Source of the DNA: a virus
Taxonomy: Duplodnaviria; Caudoviricetes
IMG/VR virus record: IMGVR_UViG_3300027374_000478
Span: 64,001-128,000 of that record
Length of the DNA: 64,000 bases
Direction: 5' to 3' (one strand)
Shown one piece after another: positions 59,151 through 64,000 of this stretch. Positions within the stretch are counted from its first letter, which is position 1; every line of letters starts with the position of its first letter. Both the position numbers and the translations under genes were made by a program. The notes below the pieces were generated by a model, which saw nothing but the letters and a program-made list of their open reading frames with translations, had not been told where the DNA came from and ran no database searches.

Positions 59151-59897
59151 ATTAGTAAGATTAAAGATTTATTTTCAACAATTGAATTAAAAGCAAAAAT
59201 AGAAAAAGAGTTAAAAGTTATTACTAATAAGCTAAATTCACAGGCGAATAGTATAGATATATCTGAACTAAATGACCATACATATGAGGAATGTAGAAAC
59301 TTATATAAGCATATTCAATATTACATTGATGATAAAAATTTACTGAATCAATTATCTACGATCGTTGAGAAGAAAAGATTGAAAAAATATCCAGAATTAT
59401 TAAAACCTACATATTATCCAGAAATTGATTCATTAGATATTTTTGATTCAGAGAAGATTAGATTAGACAAAGCTGCACGATGGAATGTTAGAAATTATAT
59501 GAATGAAAATAATATCAAAAAAATGACATATCCATTATCTATTGAAGACTTGGAATTGTTAAAAAGTATTGATATTGTTGAAAAGAAATATAATTTCAGA
59601 TGTAAAAGTTGTGGAAGTTCATGCGATATAATTTCCGAAAGTGATTTAGAAAAGTACAAAATATTTTGGGAACTTATTGAACTTGAAAAACAGAAGAAAA
59701 TCACGAGTGAGCAATTAGATGAGTTGGATCAGTTAGAAAAAGATGGATTTTATGAAATCTATTTGTGTTGTATGGACGAAGACGAGTGTGATGATGTTGA
59801 AATCACAAATGAAAAAGAATTATCTGATTACATGAGAAATGTAGAAATAGTTTATAAGGTAGTAAAGAGTCCGAATCTAACATATGAGAAATTATAG
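59151..59897 (+). CDS. hypothetical protein (probable ATT/ATA start)
   Basis: frame open 76 codons upstream of the listed TTG, beginning just after SD GAGGTGA. Confidence 0.65.
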   Translation: MSKIKDLFSTIELKAKIEKELKVITNKLNSQANSIDISELNDHTYEECRNLYKHIQYYIDDKNLLNQLSTIVEKKRLKKYPELLKPTYYPEIDSLDIFDSEKIRLDKAARWNVRNYMNENNIKKMTYPLSIEDLELLKSIDIVEKKYNFRCKSCGSSCDIISESDLEKYKIFWELIELEKQKKITSEQLDELDQLEKDGFYEIYLCCMDEDECDDVEITNEKELSDYMRNVEIVYKVVKSPNLTYEKL

Positions 59898-59916
59898 AAA
59901 AAGGAGAAGAAGTAGT

Positions 59917-60096
59917 ATGGATAAGAATCAGATATATGAAACAGCATTTGAAACAATTAAAGAATCTACAGAATGGGGATTAGAAGATGAAAGTAAAACA
60001 TATGGACACTAGATCGATGGTGTAGTGGCGATGACAGATAATCTTATTGATAAACTTAAAGAAGAAAAGAATGGTAGACCTGTAGAGAAGTATTAA
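59917..60096 (+). pseudogene. small gene interrupted by TAG at 60010
   Basis: MDKNQIYE...YGH*IDGVV... open to TAA in the junction site at 60094. Confidence 0.55.
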
Positions 60097-60502
60097 AAGC
60101 ACGATTTCAAGGTTTGAGGGGTGATATTATAGAAGAAAATATAAACAAGGCATTTAAACCAATGAAGATGATAGCAGAGAAAATACCTACTGTTGCTATT
60201 TGCGGGATGGGAAAGTCAATAAATAATTTAGCAAAAGAAATTATAAAGGCTGAAGAAGAATATATAAAAATGGAACAGATGAAGGTTTTGGGCTTAAATG
60301 AGGAAATATTGAACTGTAGATCCGCTCTAACGTTAGAAGAATTGAATAAAAATGTTTTCTGAAATTGATACAGAAATAATTGACACAGAGAGCATTTCAA
60401 ATCTTAAAAAGAGAATAAAGTATTGCAAAAACCCTATGGAACGAAAACAGTTAGAACAAAGATTGAATGTTTTGTATAAAGAGCAAAAAAGGAAGAGAAA
60501 AA

Positions 60503-60856
60503 ATGTTAAAAACAAGTGAAGTAATCAATCATATAGAAAAAATGTATGATATTAAATTGATGGATTATCAGAAAGAATTTGTTAAGCATGTTATCCAGGG
60601 AGATGTGATTTATACTCCAAGATGTTTTGGAAGAAGCATGATTTATAATGGTTATGCTGATTATTTGAAAAATGTTATCGGCAAAGAAACCGACTATTCT
60701 ATAGATCCAAATGATTTTGATAAGGTTTATACATATAGGGATGTACCAAATGGTACTTTATATCCAAGCGAGCATATTGAAAGTGCTATGAATAAAAATA
60801 AGAAACTGTTTGAAAAAGAATATGAATGTAACTATGGATTAAATGTGAGGTCTTAA
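60503..60856 (+). CDS. hypothetical protein
   Basis: MLKTSEVI...; stop codon lies in a junction site. Confidence 0.6.
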   Translation: MLKTSEVINHIEKMYDIKLMDYQKEFVKHVIQGDVIYTPRCFGRSMIYNGYADYLKNVIGKETDYSIDPNDFDKVYTYRDVPNGTLYPSEHIESAMNKNKKLFEKEYECNYGLNVRS

Positions 60857-60889
60857 AACCGAAATTTCAATGTAAGAAAGGATTATAAA

Positions 60890-61300
60890 ATGGCAGAATT
60901 ACATTTAAGAGGCTGGCTAGTTTGTGATGATGGAGTAGCAATTCAACCAGTTAAAGGAATAAGTTGGGGTGATATTATTGCGAAAGAAGTTGCAAAATTT
61001 TTAAATGGTACATGGTCGGATTATGGACTTGGTAAAATGTGTGCAGTTCATCCACATTGTAGATTGAGAATATGGTATTCAGATTTTGAAGGGACACTTG
61101 AAGAAATAATGGAACAGTTTGATATGAAGTTATATGGTGGCAAAGTAGAATCTGAATATCATCAAACAGGTTACTCAGAATATACAATTACAGGAATAGA
61201 TGTTGATAACTTTACTATTGGTGGTCATGACTTAGAAACGGAACTGTCATCTCATATCGGTGAGTTTTGTCACTTTATTTTAGAAACTGATATAGAGTAA
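60890..61300 (+). CDS. hypothetical protein
   Basis: 136 aa, SD AAAGGA. Confidence 0.65.
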   Translation: MAELHLRGWLVCDDGVAIQPVKGISWGDIIAKEVAKFLNGTWSDYGLGKMCAVHPHCRLRIWYSDFEGTLEEIMEQFDMKLYGGKVESEYHQTGYSEYTITGIDVDNFTIGGHDLETELSSHIGEFCHFILETDIE

Positions 61301-61349
61301 ATGAATGCGTTCTTTCATGGCAAAAATATAAAGAAAAGGAGAAAATAGA

Positions 61350-61565
61350 TTGAAAGTTGGGGATAAGGTAATTGTAAAAGATAATCTGAAAGACGAATTA
61401 AAGAAATTAACATTTGATAATGGCACTTGCGAAAGTATGCACGAGAGATTTGTAAATACAGAACAAGAAATATTCGCTTTATGGAAAAATGATGATGGAC
61501 AAGAGTACGCAACAGTAGATTTGTGTTGTGAAATTCCAGTACAGTGCTTAGAAGTTATTGATTGA
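61350..61565 (+). CDS. small SH3/KOW-like protein
   Basis: MKVGDKVIV... Confidence 0.6.
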   Translation: MKVGDKVIVKDNLKDELKKLTFDNGTCESMHERFVNTEQEIFALWKNDDGQEYATVDLCCEIPVQCLEVID

Positions 61566-61591
61566 ACCAAATTTTATTGAAGGAGGAATAT

Positions 61592-61894
61592 ATGTTTAAG
61601 TATTGGAAAGTTGGAAACGATGGAAAATATTATTATGTGTACAATGAATCCATTGAAGAAATAAAGGAAGAATTTGATATTCAAGATCCGAATTTCAAAT
61701 TTATAGAAAGTGACGAATGGACTGCCGAAAATTATGCTGAGATTCTTAGTGATGAATTAGAGAATGCAAATTATCATAGATGGACAGAACTGCCATGTAC
61801 TATTTTAAATGCTTTGGAGAAGTCTAATCTTTCAAAAGAAAAGATTGATTCAGTTATGAAAGAGATTGCGGAAGGTATTTATAAAATGATATAA
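61592..61894 (+). CDS. hypothetical protein
   Basis: SD AAGGAGG, MFKYWKVG... Confidence 0.65.
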   Translation: MFKYWKVGNDGKYYYVYNESIEEIKEEFDIQDPNFKFIESDEWTAENYAEILSDELENANYHRWTELPCTILNALEKSNLSKEKIDSVMKEIAEGIYKMI

Positions 61895-61927
61895 ACATAT
61901 ATGAATTTTGAAAAGGAGAATAGCTAA

Positions 61928-62575
61928 TTGGGAATTATAAAATTGATTAAAAAAGATACAAACATATCAGAACTTAAAATGTCAAAAATGCCGTGGGATG
62001 TAATGCTTTATGGGAAACCATATCAGGTTGTGAGTATTAAGGGGTATGTTCATACAATCGGGGGTAGACGAGGAGAAAATGATTTATGGATGTATCCAAG
62101 AGATGAGAGTCCTACATATGAAAATCTGATTGAATTTCAGTGTGAAGACTTTGGAGTATGTTGGGGAATTAAATATGAACCACATAATTATGTAAGAAAT
62201 AAGTGGGATGAATCAGAATGTTATACAAGCGGCGGTGCTATGATTACAAGAAATGGAGAAAACTTCTATTTTTGCAGAGGAGGCATTGATGAAGCTGAAT
62301 GGAGAATAAAACATTTAGACGAGCATCCATTAGACTTGAATGAATATGGATATGCAGAGAAAATGATTGGCAGAAAGGTTTGGTGGCGAAGCGAACCAGC
62401 AATTATAACTGATTGGATTGATGATGGACAAGCATGTGTGATCCTTGAACCTGATGGTATTGAAAAATTTACAACACCTTCGGAATTTGCTGAGGAAGAA
62501 GGCGATGATTATTATGAAGATGGTTTTGTAAAGGCAGAAATTTTTGACCAACATATCTGGTGGCATAGAGACTGA
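61928..62575 (+). CDS. hypothetical phage protein
   Basis: 215 aa, SD AAGGAG. Confidence 0.7.
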   Translation: MGIIKLIKKDTNISELKMSKMPWDVMLYGKPYQVVSIKGYVHTIGGRRGENDLWMYPRDESPTYENLIEFQCEDFGVCWGIKYEPHNYVRNKWDESECYTSGGAMITRNGENFYFCRGGIDEAEWRIKHLDEHPLDLNEYGYAEKMIGRKVWWRSEPAIITDWIDDGQACVILEPDGIEKFTTPSEFAEEEGDDYYEDGFVKAEIFDQHIWWHRD

Positions 62576-62580
62576 AATGT

Positions 62581-62628
62581 ACACAATATATAGCGTATAG
62601 CGGATAAAGCAAACACTATATATTGGCA
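62581..62628. promoter_or_regulatory. tandem NrdR-box-like sites
   Basis: acacaatatatagcgt and acactatatattggca, 32 bp apart. Confidence 0.7.
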
Positions 62629-62736
62629 TGATAAGCTGTTGAAATTCTTATTTTATTGAGCTAGTTAAATTATTGTATGAAATAATCTTCTGTGGTATGA
62701 TTTTTGTAATATATACTATGGAAGGAGAAAAATTTT

Positions 62737-64000
62737 ATGAATATACCAATTATTTTAAAAGAATTAGCAAAAACAGGAGTTGTTGTATTGACTGAAGAAT
62801 CTGTGAAGTCTTTTGTTGAAACAAAAATTAAACCTATATTTGCAAATTGGGGAAAGGATGATTTAAGATCAGTCGAATTAGAAGAATGTTTGAGTGAATA
62901 CTTATTAAGGTGTTATGGTAAGAATAATATTATGACAACAATAGTATTTGGGAGATTGCAGAAGACATTAGAAGATTTGTATATTCCATTGACTGTAGAA
63001 GAATATAGGAATGAGGATGCAAAATGGGTTATAGATGAAAATTGTTATAATATCTTAGATAATTATTCTAGGATACTAATTGTTGATATGGCAGGCATGG
63101 GGAAATCTACTATTGTAAAATATTTTGCTTGTCAAGGAGTTAATTTAGATAAGTGTATTCCTATTGTGATTGAATTAAGAAAATTGGAGAAAAATCAGTC
63201 AATACTAGAATATATACAAACACAAATTAATTCTTTTGATAAAAATATAAGAATAGAAGAAATAGTAGATATATTAAAGAATGGGGATTTTGTGATTTTT
63301 TTTGATGGTTATGATGAAATTGCAAATGAGAACAAATCATATGTTTTAGATGAAATTCAAGAATTCACAAGTAAAGCAACCAATACAAAAATAGTAATTA
63401 CATCAAGAGAGGAGGATGATTTAAATTCATTAGGAGAATATAAGTGTGTAAATATAAAGCCGTTAACTAAAGAAGAGGCGTATGAGCTAATAAAGAAGTA
63501 TGACAATGGTGGAGATATTTCTAAAAAATTGATCAAAAGGCTAAAAGAAGATTCGTCAATGAAAGTTTTGGATGAATTTTTAAAAAATCCGCTGTTGGTG
63601 TCATTATTATACAAAACATTTGAATATAAAGAAGAAATTCCCTATAAAAAGATAGATTTTTATGAACAGGTATATGCTGCATTGTTTAATGATCATGATA
63701 AAACAAAAGGTTCGGCATATGTTCATGAGAAGAAAACAAAACTGGATAGATTTCAGTTTGAACAAATTTTAAGAGTATTTGGGTTTTTAGCTTTAAAAGC
63801 TGATAAGGTAGACTATTCTTTCCAATTAGCACATCAACTATTAAAACAGTCAATTGAAAGATTTGGCTGGTTGAAAATTAGTGTTGATGATTTCCTTTAT
63901 GATATAACACACACGGTTCCATTTATTCAGAAAGATGGGAACGAGTATAAATGGGTTCATAAATCTTTTATGGAATATTTTGCAGCTTGTTTTATTTGTT
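62737..64000 (+). CDS. NACHT-family (STAND) NTPase, runs off the window
   Basis: 'DLYIPL', Walker A DMAGMGKST, Walker B FFDGYDE, ITSR, NPLL, HKSFMEYFAA. Confidence 0.85.
   Translation, partial: MNIPIILKELAKTGVVVLTEESVKSFVETKIKPIFANWGKDDLRSVELEECLSEYLLRCYGKNNIMTTIVFGRLQKTLEDLYIPLTVEEYRNEDAKWVIDENCYNILDNYSRILIVDMAGMGKSTIVKYFACQGVNLDKCIPIVIELRKLEKNQSILEYIQTQINSFDKNIRIEEIVDILKNGDFVIFFDGYDEIANENKSYVLDEIQEFTSKATNTKIVITSREEDDLNSLGEYKCVNIKPLTKEEAYELIKKYDNGGDISKKLIKRLKEDSSMKVLDEFLKNPLLVSLLYKTFEYKEEIPYKKIDFYEQVYAALFNDHDKTKGSAYVHEKKTKLDRFQFEQILRVFGFLALKADKVDYSFQLAHQLLKQSIERFGWLKISVDDFLYDITHTVPFIQKDGNEYKWVHKSFMEYFAACFIC

Larger units (their letters stand above)
3461..62655 (+). repeat. dispersed family of ~50 gene-junction sites T(G/A)AA(A/T)-N6-TTT(C/T)A (candidate cassette recombination sites)
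   Basis: copies start at 3461,3880,4149,7697,8255,9128,10093,11461,13222,13416,13780,14375,15784,15987,16366,19534,21503,22239,22619,24079,25056,25320,25521,25816,27450,27635,32482,32721,33289,36093,36569,36894,37258,38215,41040,44280,48422,49496,50745,51768,52172,52447,54511,56600,58168,58781,60094,60854,61302,62640. Confidence 0.8.

Noticed and set aside
9868-60096. Stop-codon reassignment suggested by in-frame TGA (9922) and TAG (60010)
   Set aside because: Both TGA and TAG terminate many intact genes here and no suppressor tRNA is seen. Isolated TGG-to-stop mutations are the simpler explanation.
3461-62655. Junction repeats as a CRISPR array or classical integron attC sites
   Set aside because: The repeats are 16 bp, degenerate and separated by whole genes. 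There are no cas genes, no RYYYAAC/GTTRRRY boxes or long attC hairpins, and no IntI-specific insertion is evident in the recombinase.
4555-63614. Numerous minus-strand ORFs of 60-146 aa
   Set aside because: They are antisense shadows of + strand genes with Phe/Ser/Ile-biased composition and no SD. Only 532-729, 27913-28149, 45859-46842, 46863-47042 and 56670-57158 were accepted.

Overview
Low-GC, Firmicutes-type (Clostridia/Lachnospiraceae-like SD and promoter signals) sequence. It looks like the early/accessory region of a large mobile element, most likely a large temperate phage, prophage or phage-plasmid. No capsid, tail, terminase or conjugation genes are present, so the element type is inferred. 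Nearly all genes are on the + strand and many are short hypotheticals. Recognisable content: a XerC/XerS-like tyrosine recombinase, YefM-YoeB, an orphan MazF, a Fic protein, an HNH nuclease, five DUF262/ParB-fold proteins, a sigma factor, a tRNA(CAT), a complete diversity-generating retroelement, a reverse-oriented retron, six DNA methyltransferase-like genes, a PAPS-reductase-like gene, three radical SAM enzymes, MazG and a NACHT ATPase. The main unexplained feature is about 50 copies of a polar 16-bp imperfect palindrome, T(G/A)AA(A/T)-N6-TTT(C/T)A. They sit almost exclusively at gene junctions, often supply the upstream stop codon, and divide the region into one-gene or one-module units resembling an integron-like cassette array. 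Other candidates: two radical-SAM loci next to proteins sharing an N-terminal 'F-x-TNSSS' motif; a ~1.5-kb structured non-coding RNA; three self-cleaving ribozymes; a circularly permuted C5-methyltransferase with a -1 frameshift signal; a family of structured leaders upstream of SAM-using genes; repeated use of ATA/ATT/ACG start codons; and tandem NrdR boxes away from any nrd gene. All motif counts and pairings were made by eye.
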